The notes: a model not told the origin generated them from the letters alone. A stretch of DNA of 64,000 nt from Macrostomum lignano (GCA_002269645.1 NIVC01002132.1:137749-201748), one strand, 5' to 3'; positions 1 through 12,516 are shown, counted from the first letter of the stretch. Numbers and translations are program-made.

Positions 1-1815
1 TTGTCACGGAAGGCTACCATAGACACCGTTTGTCACGGAAGGCTACCATAGACACCCGTTTGTCACGGAAGGCTACCATAGACACCCGTTTGTCACGGAA
101 GCTACCATAGACACCCGTTTGTCACGGAAGCTACCATAGACACCCGTTTGTCACGGAAGGCTACCATAGACACCCGTTTGTCACGGAAGGCTACCATAGA
201 CACCCGTTTGTCACGGAAGGCTACCATAGACACCCGTTTGTCACGGAAGGCTACCATAGACACCCGTTTGTCACGGAAGGCTACCATAGACACCCGTTTG
301 TCACGGAAGGCTACCATAGACACCCGTTTGTCACGGAAGGCTACCATAGACACCGTTTGTCACGGAAGGCTACCATAGACACCGTTTGTCACGGAAGGCT
401 ACCATAGACACCCGTTTGTCACGGAAGGCTACCATAGACACCCGTTTGTCACGGAAGGCTACCATAGACACCCGTTTGTCACGGAAGCTACCATAGACAC
501 CCGTTTGTCACGGAAGGCTACCATAGACACCGTTTGTCACGGAAGGCTACCATAGACACCGTTTGTCACGGAAGGCTACCATAGACACCCGTTTGTCACG
601 GAAGGCTACCATAGACACCCGTTTGTCACGGAAGGCTACCATAGACACCCGTTTGTCACGGAAGGCTACCATAGACACCCGTTTGTCACGGAAGGCTACC
701 ATAGACACCCGTTTGTCACGGAAGGCTACCATAGACACCCGTTTGTCACGGACAGCTACCATAGACACCCGTTTGTCACGGAAGGCTACCATAGACACCC
801 GTTTGTCACGGAAGGCTACCATAGACACCCGTTTGTCACGGACAGCTACCATAGACACCCGTTTGTCACGGACAGCTACCATAGACACCCGTTTGTCACG
901 GAAGGCTACCATAGACACCTGTTTGTCACGGACAGCTACCATAGACACCCGTTTGTCACGGAAGGCTACCATAGACACCCGTTTGTCACGGAAGGCTACC
1001 ATAGACACCCGTTTGTCACGGAAGGCTACCATAGACACCGTTTGTCACGGAAGGCTACCATAGACACCCGTTTGTCACGGACAGCTACCATAGACACCCG
1101 TTTGTCACGGAAGGCTACCATAGACACCCGTTTGTCACGGAAGGCTACCATAGACACCCGTTTGTCACGGAAGGCTACCATAGACACCCGTTTGTCACGG
1201 AAGGCTACCATAGACACCCGTTTGTCACGGAAGGCTACCATAGACACCCGTTTGTCACGGACAGCTACCATAGACACCCGTTTGTCACGGAAGGCTACCA
1301 TAGACAACCGTTTGTCACGGAAGGCTACCATAGACACCCGTTTGTCACGGACAGCTACCATAGACACCCGTTTGTCACGGAAGGCTACCATAGACACCCG
1401 TTTGTCACGGAAGGCTACCATAGACACCCGTTTGTCACGGAAGGCTACCATAGACACCCGTTTGTCACGGAAGGCTACCATAGACACCCGTTTGTCACGG
1501 AAGGCTACCATAGACACCCGTTTGTCACGGAAGGCTACCATAGACACCCGTTTGTCACGGAAGGCTACCATAGACACCCGTTTGTCACGGAAGCTACCAT
1601 AGACACCCGTTTGTCACGGAAGGCTACCATAGACACCCGTTTGTCACGGAAGGCTACCATAGACACCCGTTTGTCACGGAAGGCTACCATAGACACCCGT
1701 TTGTCACGGAAGGCTACCATAGACAACCGTTTGTCACGGAAGGCTACCATAGACACCCGTTTGTCACGGACAGCTACCATAGACACCCGTTTATCACGGA
1801 AGGCTACCATAGACA
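1..1815. repeat. 30-bp minisatellite (CCCGTTTGTCACGGAAGGCTACCATAGACA)n, ~60 copies, runs off the left edge of the window
   Basis: Direct tandem periodicity. The ORF-track peptides SRKATIDTRL / SMVAFRDKRV are simple translations of the unit. Confidence 0.97.
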
Positions 1816-2850
1816 GCCACCGGTCAATACCGTAGCGCATCAAGCGCTCAGCTTCACACTTTAAATCCCAGTGAATCGACCTAAATATTGTTATAAGCCC
1901 CAATTTTCGGAAAGTTACCGTGAAAATTTTTGTTTTTATTGTTCGATCAATCTGATTTAAATCATTAAAATTCAAATTCAATCTGACAATAGCTCATGCT
2001 GAGAAGAATTTCTAGTTTTTTAATCTCGCCCATTGGTCTCTGGTGTATTGTTGTGGCTTACGAAAGCATTTTGTTAAATGCTATATAAAATTGTTCGAAA
2101 ACTATGTTGCTTCTATGTCGACTCCCAGGAGTTGATCCCTCTCAGAGTCAATGGGGTGAGGCCTCCATGTTTCTGCCCCAACGGCCCTCTTAGCCAGTCA
2201 GCTGTTGTTTGGAGCCCCGATCGGTTGGCATGGCAACGATTAGCTTCCCAACACCCCAGTTTTAGCTCGGCCTAAGAGGCCTAGCTCGCCTTTAAAAACT
2301 GAGGGCAAATGAGCGACATGTGCGACTGTCTGCTCCTATCTCAAGTGATTTCACCAGCGTTTTTACCTGCAGCAATTGAGTATGAATTCTGCCTTGAATT
2401 TGGTGCTCGCTCTGCTTCTGATAGGTAAGAATGCGAATTCTGAATACTACCAAAAAGTCACGGTTCTGATAGAACAGCTCAAAATCCATGATTGACATTT
2501 TGTTTAAAATATGAGAAAGAGCAAGAAAAAGTGCTGTCCGTAAGTTCATTTTAATACCGTATAATTGTAACACGCGGTATTTGGCAGTGTGAGATCAAAA
2601 ACACGAAAACCCAGCGAACGATATATTTATTGGCATCAATGTACATATAAATCGAGATGTACATTCCTATATACAAAGCGACAATGATTCAGCAATATCC
2701 ACGAGTTTGCCTCTAAGGCAAGAAATTTCCCATTTTCCCCCCAACAAAAAGAGTAAAAGCAAATGAGGTAATAAAATCAAACGGTAGCACAAAAAGACAA
2801 CCAGCTACAACAGATGCAATAAAAGAACAGTCCACACCGGTCTCTGTCTC

Positions 2851-4131
2851 TCACTCAGTGCTCACGCCAAAGAAGTCCGGAGGCCGCCGCTGCCTGGCCG
2901 GGTACCGCCGCTCGGTCTGGCTGGTCTCCGGCGCGACCTGGTGGGTCACCGGCTGCTGGCGGAGCTGGTCAGAGTCGGGCTGGGCTGCGAACCGCTTGCG
3001 CAGCCGGTTCACGTGCACCCAGCGGACCGGCCGGCTGCCGAAGGCGCGGCGGATGCACACCGAGTGACCGCGCTGCTCAAGCACCGTCCAGCCCGGCTCC
3101 CAGTAGGGCGCCGACTTTGAGCGCCGCATTTCGATGCTGAGCAGCACCTTGGCACCTTGCGGGAACTGCGGCAGGTCCGCCGCCTTCTTGTTGTGAGCGG
3201 CCTTCTGCTGCTGCCCGGCGGCTACCAGGTTCTTCTCGATGAACTCGCGGATCCGGGCCAGCCGCCGCTCCAGCAGTGCTGAGTAGGTGCCGATGTCGAA
3301 CTGCTGCTCGCTGCTCTGCACCTCCGGCGAGAGCTGCGGGTCGCGGCCGGTCATCACCGTCAGCGGCGCCACATTGGTTGAGCTGTGGACCCTGTAGTTG
3401 TAGGACAGGACCACCAGCAGCAGCTGCTCCTCCCAGCTGGACTCAGTCTCGGCGAACAGCCTCAGCAGCTGCAGCAGCGACTTGTTGCCGCGTTCCACCA
3501 GTCCATTTCCCTGCGGATGGTACGGCGTAATGCGCATCTTCTTGATGCCCAGTGTTTTCAGCGTCTCCTGGAACAGCTCGCTCTCGAAGTTCGCGCCCTG
3601 GTCCGAGTGGATGACGGACGGGACTCCGAGCAGAGAGAAGACTTTCACTGCAGCGTCCGCGATGGTTTTGGCGGTCGGATCTGGCATCGGCACGGCGGTC
3701 AGGAACTTGGAGAACTGGTCCTGCATCACCAGTAGGTAGCTGTTGCCTCGGTCCGATGTCGGCACCTTCAGCACATCGATCGCCACCGTCTGCCAGGGCT
3801 TGCCGATCGGCATCTCACCGAGAGGGGCTGCGGGCCGGCGCTGCGCCTTTTTCAGCTGGCAGGTCTGGCACTCCTGGCAGAAACTCGCGGTCTGCTTCAG
3901 CGTGTCGGCCATTTTCTCCGGTCCGAAATGACCGCCGATGCCCTCGTGAATGTCGGTCAGGAACTGGCGCCGCAGCAACTCCGGAATCACGGGAACCTCC
4001 CTCGGTCTTGCAGCGTCGTTGAAGGCCGGGCAGAGAAGGCCGTCTTGAATTCGCAACTTCCGCCAGATGCGGCTGAGGTGTCGCAGTCTGTTGTCGGACC
4101 ATCTTGGCGGAGTCGTGCTGTCTTTGGTCAC
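2851..4131 (-). pseudogene. Gypsy integrase ORF (HHCC zinc finger + DDE core), 426 aa, no proper start codon
   Basis: Motifs IHEGIGGHFG...CQECQTC, VAIDVL, IHSDQGANFES, YHPQGNGLVER. The segment between the HH and CC residues appears shortened. Confidence 0.9.
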
Positions 4132-4333
4132 CTGACTGTAGTCGCTCTGTCCTTGTCGCTGAGCTCAAGGAAGGCCACCAGAGCCTCGCCATCCAGAAAC
4201 GTTGGCAGATGCAGGTGTTTGTCATTTGTCCACTTGTTGGCTGCTGCACACAGCTCAAACCGCTGCAGCCACTCATTAAAGTTGCCAGAGCGCCAAAAGT
4301 TCTTGGAATCGCGCGGTGGCTGCCCTCTGCCAT
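4128..4333 (-). pseudogene. Gypsy gag N-terminal fragment with a 1-nt frameshift
   Basis: ATG 5 nt after the PBS gives MAEGSHRAIPRTF; the sequence continues in another frame as SGNFNEWLQRFELCAAANKW...LPTFLDGEAL, typical of Gypsy gag. Confidence 0.72.
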
Positions 4334-4338
4334 TCTGA

Positions 4339-4350
4339 GCTCTGCTACCA
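4339..4350 (-). promoter_or_regulatory. Primer-binding site complementary to the 3' end of initiator tRNA-Met
   Basis: Plus strand GCTCTGCTACCA equals the 3' end of invertebrate tRNA-iMet and is adjacent to the LTR end. Confidence 0.8.
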
Positions 4351-4586
4351 CTTGTGACACGCGGTATTTGGCAGTGTGAGATCAAAAACACGAAAACCCT
4401 GCGGGGCAGCGAACGATATATTTATTGACATCAATGTACATATAGATCGAGATGTACATTCCTATATTTAAAGCGACAATGATTCAGCAATATCTACGAG
4501 TTTGCCTCTAAGGCAAGGAATAAAACATTACGAGCGTACGAATGATTTCTGCAAAAGCGGTATCATTGCTCTAAAAACACTTCCAG

Positions 4587-6003
4587 GTCTCGTCTGCCCG
4601 TTAGCAGCCGAAGAGGCAAATTTAAGCGAAGTTTTTCGTCTGGCACAGTCGCTCACTGGCTCGGTCGTTACCGTGGGGCAGGGGACGAACAGCTGCAAGA
4701 CTGTGGAAGTTCTGCAGGGCATCCGCAGCAGCGTTGAGTGCCTTTTCCGGTGCAGCAGCTCAGGCTGTGCAGCTGCGGCGTTCAAGGACGGCGTCTGCAG
4801 GACTGTTCATGTTGAGCCTGTGCTGTTCCGTCTGGCCAGGCCGGAATGCAACACAACCTTCAATGGCACCAGCGGTGAAATGGTCTTTGTTTCACAGAAG
4901 ATCAACATCCTGTGGAACATCACCTATAATACATATAGAAGTGAGCAGTTGCCTTCTAATGCTCAGATTTCAATGAGATATAAGACTTCCTCAAAGATTT
5001 GCTTATTACGGCATACTGCTTCGCATTCCAGACAGCAGCTCGGGCCGGACCGGCTCCATCCAGACCCTGACGGTGAACGAGACCGGCTGCTACCGCATGG
5101 AGGCGCTCGGAGCCAGAGGCGGCAGCTCCAACCCGGCCTTCAGCCCCGTCTACACCGGCGGATTCGGCGCCCGCATCGGAGGCAGCTTCAACCTGACGGC
5201 GGGAACGCAGCTCAGCCTGGTGATCGGACAGCGGGGCGGCGACGCCACTCAAAGTTACAACCACGCCGCTTCTGGCGGCGGCGGCGGCACCTTCGTGTAC
5301 CGGAGCTCGGACAACTTGCTGTACCTGGCTGCTGGCGGAGGCGGCGGTGGCTCCATCGGATACAAAGGTATAAATTCAGATACAGGCTATGAATTAAGAA
5401 TAACATGATACTTCTAACGTGATTTCACTTCTAACGATACCAACGATTCTAAAGTACTTTTAATGGTGATCACCGTAGTGCATTTAGGTGACTCACAGCT
5501 CCGATCTTTGCTATCTTTGTGGCCTCAACGCAGGCGTGAACGGATCGGCTGGTCCAAACGGAACCGACTCGGTCGGCACGGCTTCCTACGTCGGCTACGG
5601 CGGTGCGAACGGGCAGCCCGGGAGCTACGGACCGTCTACAAGGACATACAAGGGCGGCCTGGGAGCCGGCTGGCTGGGAGTGGCCATCTCCAGGACCAGA
5701 ACCTGCTACGGCGATCGCGGAGGCGGCATCAGCCAGGGCTGGGTCGGCGGCGTCGCCGGACACGGCAACGAGGGCGCTGTCGGAGGCTTCGGTGGAGGCG
5801 GAGGCGGCAGCCATCAAAGCGGCGCTGCCGGAGGCGGTGGCGGCTTCAGCGGCGGCGCTGCCGGTAGCTGGTATCCGCAGGCCGGCGGCGGCGGCGGCTC
5901 CTTCTGCTCCGGCGTCGGCTGCAGCGGCGAGTCGGGCGGCAACTCGCTGAGCGACAGCGGCCTGCTGCTGTTCGGCCTGATCCGCCCTGGCAGCTGCGCC
6001 TGA
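4587..6003 (+). CDS. ALK/LTK-like glycine-rich domain protein, copy 1, with an N-terminal Cys-containing (PAN/apple-like) exon; exons ~4587-4940, 5032-~5367, ~5532-6003; first exon not located
   Basis: GSIQTLTVNETGCYRMEALGARGG...GARIGGSFNLTAGTQLSLVIGQRGG...GGGGGTFV...LAAGGGGG matches the ALK/LTK GRD pattern. GT-AG introns keep frame. No TM or kinase domain before the stop. Confidence 0.8.
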
Positions 6004-6159
6004 GCCGGCCATGCCTTCTACTGGAGGCAAAAAGACAAAATTTTGTGGTTTGGATGACTCTGACAACTTGGCGTTTGAGTTTAGGACAGGTTTCGACCAA
6101 CACGTGTTTTTGACTGACCTTTGCGGACACTGCATAGCTGATGCTGCTATTGAGATTGT

Positions 6160-6560
6160 TTAAATGTTTAATCAACTTAAGTTCTTTTCTTAATCTTTAT
6201 TAACACACGATACGCTTGGCATACGATAAACGTTCCTTGCTTTATACTCTATGATAAACTGTAAACCTTCAGTTATCAAATTACGCAAAATTAATTTTCA
6301 AATAGGTTTCAGACTTCTTACGAGACGGAATTAAAATTTATGCTATGTTCTCTACTGAAGCTGATGAGATGTTTTGTTCCTGTTTAAATGTTTAAAAAAC
6401 TTAATCAACTTAAGTCAAATATGGCTTTTCTCTTGTTAATCTTTATTAACACACGATACGCTTGGGCATACGATAAACGTTCCTTGCTTTATACTCTATG
6501 ATAAACTGTAAACCTTCAGTTATCAAATTACGCAAAATTAATTTTCAAAATAGGTTTCAG
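6160..6560. repeat. ~150-bp direct duplication (about 6160-6311 and 6395-6560) downstream of GRD gene copy 1
   Basis: TTAATCTTTATTAACACACGATACGC...ATAGGTTTCAG occurs twice. Confidence 0.85.
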
Positions 6561-6944
6561 CCAACCTAATGCCATCATTTTTTAATAATATTTTAATAAC
6601 ACTTCTACTATTTATTAAATTCTGTGTTCATATTTAAAATTTTGCTTGTTGTTTCTACGGATCGTATTTTCGAAATCTGAACCCACTCTTTTGTCAACAA
6701 AATATTTTCCCTTGTGGCAATAAACTGTTGAATTATTTTCTTTAAGACTTTAGAATAGCACTTGCATATAAACTGTACGTTTTACTGAAGGCTGCTGCAG
6801 TAACTTATTAAACTTATTTCAGCTTTGTCAAAGAACCAGTTTTTTGTTTATGTCAGAGAATTCCCCGTTTTGGTAAAAAATGCTTACACAAAAATTAAAT
6901 TTGAGTTTATTGAAAGCCACCGCGTGTCGTCTAAGCATGACAGC

Positions 6945-7295
6945 GGGGGCGTAGCCCAGTGGTCTGGCGCGGCGCTCTGATGTGCCAGCGACCCAGGCTC
7001 GATTCCAAGTGCAGTCACATTAATTTTTTGGGCGGCTAAATTGGAATCTCGGCTTGGCTCTGCTCGTGCAATTAACGCCCAGCTTAAGGGCCAACCCCCA
7101 AGGCGCAGTGAAGTGTACATGCCTAACGATAAAATAAAGTGAGGGCCGCTGTACACTCCTGTGTGAGTGTGTGTCTGTGCGTATGACTGCGTACGTATCC
7201 GCGCGCTTGTGTGCCTGCTCAGGGGAGTCGGCGGAATGGCAGTAATGCCTCTCGCCGGTTGTGTGACAATGCTCGCTTAAAGTGCGCCACAGGCC
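6945..7295 (+). mobile_element. tRNA-derived SINE, family A, copy 1
   Basis: A box TAGCCCAGTGG and B-box-like GGCTCGATTCC; the body is shared with the copies at ~43383 and ~51392. Confidence 0.8.
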
Positions 7296-7469
7296 CTGGT
7301 TCTGCAACACACCACAGGCCCTGCTTCAAGCAACTGAAAGTTTGCGTCGAAGCGCCATGCATTCAGTAGTTGGGCAGAACAGTACGAGACGTTCACATGT
7401 TTTACATGTAGCTACTATATGTGCGATTGATCTCATTAAGCTACTTGAAGTAAACTGTTCCAGTCATTG

Positions 7470-8450
7470 CGGAACTGTTCCAGGACTCATGACTTCACCA
7501 CTCATTAACTGACCAGCTCCTCCATTCTTATTCATGAGTGTTCCATTCTGTTCCGCTCTGAACTGTTCCAGGACTCATGACTTCACCACTCATTAACTGA
7601 CCAGCTCCTCCATTCTGTTCCGCTCTGAACTGTTCCAGGACTCATGACTTCACCACTCATTAACTGACCAGCTCCTCCATTCTGTTCCGCTCTGAACTGT
7701 TCCAGGACTCATGACTTCACCACTCATTAACTGACCAGCTCCTCCATTCTGTTCCGCTCTGAACTGTTCCAGGACTCATGACTTCACCACTCATTAACTG
7801 ACCAGCTCCTCCATTCTGTTCCGCTCTGAACTGTCCAGGACTCATGACTTCACCACTCATTAACTGACCAGCTCCTCCATTCTGTTCCGCTCTGAACTGT
7901 TCCAGGACTCATGACTTCACCACTCATTAACTGACCAGCTCCTCCATTCTGTTCCGCTCTGAACTGTTCCAGGACTCATGACTTCACCACTCATTAACTG
8001 GCTCATTCTGTTCCGCCTGAACTGCTCCTTCACCACTCATTAACTGACCAGCTCCTCCATTCTGAACTGTTCCAGGACTCATGACTTCACCACTCATTAA
8101 CTGACCAGCTCCTCCATTCTGTTCCGCTCTGAACTGTTCCAGGACTCATGACTTCACCACTCATTAACTGACCAGCTCCTCCATTCTGTTCCGCTCTGAA
8201 CTGTTCCAGGACTCATGACTTCACCACTCATTAACTGACCAGCTCCTCCATTCTGTTCCGCTCTGAACTGTTCCAGGACTCATGACTTCACCACTCATTA
8301 ACTGACCAGCTCCTCCATTCTGTTCCGCTCTGAACTGTTCAGAGCGGAACAGAATGGACCAGCTCCTCCATTCTGTTCCGCTCTGACTGTTCCACTCATG
8401 ACTTCAGACCAGCTCCTCCATTCTGTTCCGCTCTGAACTCCAGACTCATC
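7470..8450. repeat. 67-bp minisatellite (CTGAACTGTTCCAGGACTCATGACTTCACCACTCATTAACTGACCAGCTCCTCCATTCTGTTCCGCT)n, degenerate at the right end
   Basis: 67-bp period (e.g. 7561 to 7628). Confidence 0.95.
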
Positions 8451-8469
8451 GGCTCAGCCCCGAGCTCCG

Positions 8470-9764
8470 GTGAGTTTTCATCTGACGAAAGCCCAACTGG
8501 CTCAGCCGCCTTCAAGCTCGGGTGGAGAAGAACGTTTGCAAGTTGGTGCACACTCTCCAGGACACTCCAGCACCGCTGAGGGCCAGCAGCTCTTCTCGGC
8601 TGTGGCCTTCAAGAACGGAGTCTGTCAGATGGTTCGGTGGTTCGCGATTCCTGCGTTGTATGCGAAGATCATGGAGTGCGACATCGAAAACGAATTCAAA
8701 GCCACACGGGACGAGGAGGTCCTTGTGTCAGAAAATTTCAATCTGAGCAAAGCCGTCATCGTCTATAGAAGTGAGGCCTTTGCTGAACTTTTTGTGTGTG
8801 AGTTTTGATCGCACAGCGACACCGGAGCTCACAGAGGAGCTGACCCGCATTCCAGACAGCAGCTCGGGCAGGACCGGCTCCATCCAGACCCTGACGGTGA
8901 ACGAGACCGGCTGCTACCGCATGGAGGCGCTCGGAGCCAGAGGCGGCAGCTCCAACCCGGCCTACAGTCCCGTCTACACCGGCGGATTCGGCGCCCGCAT
9001 CGGAGGCAGCTTCAACCTGACGGCGGGAACGCAGCTCAGCCTGGTGATCGGACAGCGGGGCGGCAACGCGACTCAAAGTTACAACCACGCAGCTTCTGGC
9101 GGCGGCGGCGGCACCTTCGTGTACCGGAGCTCGGACAACCTGCTGTACCTGGCTGCCGGCGGAGGCGGCGGTGGCTCCATCGGATACAAGGGTATAAATT
9201 CAGATACAGGCTATTATGATCAACATGTAATACTGCATGTGCATTTAGGTGACTCACAGCTCCGATCTTTGCTATCTTTGTGGCCTCAACGCAGGCGTGA
9301 ACGGATCGGCTGGTCCAAACGGAACCGACTCTGTCGGCACGGCTTCCTACGTCGGCTACGGCGGTGCGAACGGGCAGCCCGGGAGCTACGGACCGTCATC
9401 AAGGTCATTCAAGGGCGGCCTGGGAGCCGGCTGGCTGGGAGTGGCCATCTCCAGGACCAGAACCTGCTACGGCGATCGTGGAGGCGGTATCAACGAGAGC
9501 TGGATTGGCGGCGTCGCCGGACACGGCAACAAGGGTGCCGTCGGAGGCTTCGGTGGAGGCGGAGGTGGCAGCCATCAAAGCGGCGCTGCCGGAGGCGGTG
9601 GCGGCTTCAGCGGCGGCGGAGCCGGTAGCTGGTATCCGCAGGCCGGCGGCGGCGGCGGCTCCTTCTGCTCCGGCGTCGGCTGCAGGGGCGAGTCGGGCGG
9701 CAACTCGCTCAGCGACAGCGGCCTGCTGCTGTTTTGGAAGAAACGCTTTGGCAGCTGCGCCTGA
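8470..9764 (+). CDS. ALK/LTK-like glycine-rich domain protein, copy 2; exons ~8470-8770 (frameshifted), 8856-~9190, ~9293-9764
   Basis: GRD exons are nearly identical to copy 1 with the same intron positions. The N-terminal exon aligns to copy 1 only after frameshifts (pseudogenisation or assembly error). Confidence 0.75.
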
Positions 9765-10942
9765 GTTGCGAAGTGGAAGCCGAAAGCTGGAAGCTACCAG
9801 GCACAGTCGAAGACGCCACCAGAGGAGCTGCTGTGCTTACTGATTTACTTAGTTATATGCTAATAATATAATTTTGAGCCTGTGATTAATCAATAGATTT
9901 TATAAGTGATGCCGCACGAAACAAAATTTCCTGCAGAAGTTTGAACTTTTTTAGCGGTCTCTGTTGCCAATGCGTTCAATTGTCTCGTAGTAAGACCAGA
10001 TTGTATCCCTAATTAATTTATGAATGTTGCTTCAATTTGAAAGCTGAACTGTTTCTCTATCCAAATCTGAATATGAACTCTAATTCTAATCTAAATATAC
10101 TAAATCTCTAATCGTCTACTATAGCTATTAAATTTAAAGCAGAATTTCACAAGCAAAATTGTCTGCTATCAGCGGCAAATTTGGAACAGCCAGCCATAAT
10201 TTGCCATGCCCCACTCGAACCCATTCTTCTTATTACTACAAGTAGGCCTATAAGGGTCTATGACAGAATAATTGACAAATACGCTCGTACTACAGAGATG
10301 TCAATTCGGTGCAGTCCCTGTAGCGGTTAGCAAACTTTATCTATACGTAAATGTGACTACGTAATGTGCAGATAGAGCAGGGTTTTCAGATGTTTTGACG
10401 CAAAAAACGCAAATTATACTACTATCTGAAAATGAAGTAAGTAGTATACAAAAACGCTATCCTAAGCGTGATATGGAAATATGTAGTCGTAATAATCCAT
10501 GTGCTCATATATGTACATTAATTCCATGTACATTATTCCCTATCTATCTCAAATTGTACATTAATTCCATGTACATTAATCCCTATCCCAAATTGTCTAT
10601 CCCCAATTCTACATGTACACTCACATTAATCTACAGTGTCATCCCCAGCGCGCGCACACCCCAAGATTACAACTCGAAACCCTACTACATGTACAATATC
10701 ATCCAAATGAGTCAACACCCAAGTTTTACAAACCACGTTATATACATATTCCTATTTATATGTCAATTATTCAAAATCTACATGTAGCTGATTACACTAC
10801 TACCTTTAGTAGAGTTACAAATCAAGATTCTATTGAAAAAGACTGTATTCATATAGTTTTCACATTGGAAAAGCGTATATTTTTTCATTTCAATAATTGA
10901 AAAAGAGAGCAAAAACAGTAAGAGACAACAGCAAGTTGAGAC

Positions 10943-11401
10943 TTAATTATAGCCTGTACTACCAAACCCTCCTGCACCGCGAATTGAGTGGCTGCCAGCG
11001 GCCTCCTCTTCGCCATTCCCTCTATAGAGATCCCTTACAACTACGGGAGCAATCATTACACGCTCCAAAACTAATTGAGCGATACGGTAGCCCCGAGTTA
11101 TGAACCAGTCCGCACTGCCATGATTAAATATCACCACAGTCAATTCTCCAGTATAGTCAGGGTCGATCACGCCGGCGCCCACTTGTATAGACTTGCGCAA
11201 CGCCAGCCCAGACCGGCCGGCAATCCGAGCGTAGGTCCCATCAGGCGGTTGGATCGAAATTCCGAGAGGCACCTGCGCAACCGACCCTGCCCGGACAACC
11301 ACATCTTCAGAGGCAAAGAGATCGTAGCCAACAGAACCGATCGTCTGGCGAGCCGGCGGGCGGGCACCTTCAGTCAGCAGCGACACCTTTAAAGCAGCCA
11401 T
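10943..11401 (-). CDS. dut: dUTPase (trimeric type, intronless), left-arm copy, 152 aa
   Basis: All five motifs: GYDL, RSG, GVIDPDYTG, RIAQL, RGAGGFGSTG. ATG at 11401. Confidence 0.96.
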   Translation of the reverse strand: MAALKVSLLTEGARPPARQTIGSVGYDLFASEDVVVRAGSVAQVPLGISIQPPDGTYARIAGRSGLALRKSIQVGAGVIDPDYTGELTVVIFNHGSADWFITRGYRIAQLVLERVMIAPVVVRDLYRGNGEEEAAGSHSIRGAGGFGSTGYN

Positions 11402-12516
11402 GATGACGTAGCTGGAATTGGTGAGTTTGCGGTTATAATCAGTCACAGTGTTTACACACGGAATGGTTTATAGTTTTTTTTCATTCTAAATATCATTAAT
11501 CGAAAAAATGGTAAAAATCTCAACGCAATATTTAAATTTTGCAAAACAATTTATTTGAAAAGAATGTGCATGTGGATAGCGTAAGTGTGCATACACAACA
11601 TTTATAGCGAGTCGAGATATATACTATGGGTGCATGAAAATTTAGATTGAGTGCAGACACAACACTTGATATAAAACAAGATATGTACAAGGTGCATGAA
11701 AATAAAAATGCGTGCAGACACAACATTAAATTGTCAACAATATTAACAAAGCCCCGAGCCGGGGAATAATCTGTCCAACTCTTCAGCGACCTCCTCATGG
11801 AGGTCAGCCTCATACACCCGCCGCTCCTTCACCGCCGTGTAATACGCACGCTCCTCAGAGCGGCTGCCAAAACAATAGTCGGCTAGCTAGAAAAGGGAAT
11901 GGGCGGGGAAAGTTTTCCGCTATAATGCATTGAAATTTTGAATCAGCAATTAGTTGCTAAATGAAAAGTTTTCGGATAAAATGCAATTATTTACCATGTC
12001 CAAGTCTGGCTCGCGGCACCAACGCCGCAAAAACTCTTGGTAGGTTGCCTCGCCATCGTCGTCAGCAGCACCAACAGCAGCCTTTTCACTAGCAGCAGCG
12101 TCAGTACTGTGCTGCTGCTGCTGCTGCTGCAGCCCCATCCGAGGGGCTAAATTGATGCCCAATCGGCAGCGGCTCGTCTTCTTATTCTTCAGTTGCCGCG
12201 GTTGCTGATTCAGACTGCTGCTGCTGCCTTCAATAGTCGCGGCGGCAGCGGTGGCGACTGCGGCATATTCGCAAGGGCTGGCTCCCAGCAGCCCACAGTC
12301 ATTACCGGGCTGGCAACATTCATTGCCGCAGTAGCTACCGCCGCACCAACCTTGAAAGTCGTCAACGCTGCTAGTGTCTCCACTGATGCTACTGCTGCTG
12401 CTGCTGCTGCTGCCGCTACTACTGTTGTTGCTGTTGTCAGACTTACACGCCAGACTTAAAACCGGTCGGGCGGTAGATCGAAGCGGCGGGTTCCGGCCTA
12501 CTCGACCGCCCCCAAC

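Larger units (their letters stand above)
2566..4515 (-). mobile_element. Internally deleted Ty3/Gypsy LTR retrotransposon (short LTRs, tRNA-iMet PBS, gag 5' fragment joined to integrase; PR/RT/RNaseH absent)
   Basis: Direct repeats at 2566-2720 (155 bp) and 4353-4515 (163 bp; 8-bp indel plus a few substitutions) read TG...CA on the minus strand. PBS TGGTAGCAGAGC lies 2 nt inside the 5' LTR. A purine-rich tract lies near the 3' LTR (2726-2742). No TSD found. Confidence 0.88.

Noticed and set aside
1-1815. CRISPR-like array (30-bp repeats); the 32-37-bp arrays were considered likewise
   Set aside because: Units are head-to-tail with no unique spacers, there are no cas genes, and the DNA is eukaryotic.
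2561-4520. TSD for the Gypsy element
   Set aside because: The flanks ATAAT and AGGAA do not match; no duplication can be supported.
6945-7010. tRNA genes at ~6945, ~21400, ~32860, ~43383 and ~51392
   Set aside because: A/B boxes are present but the cloverleafs are incomplete, and each continues into a shared SINE body.
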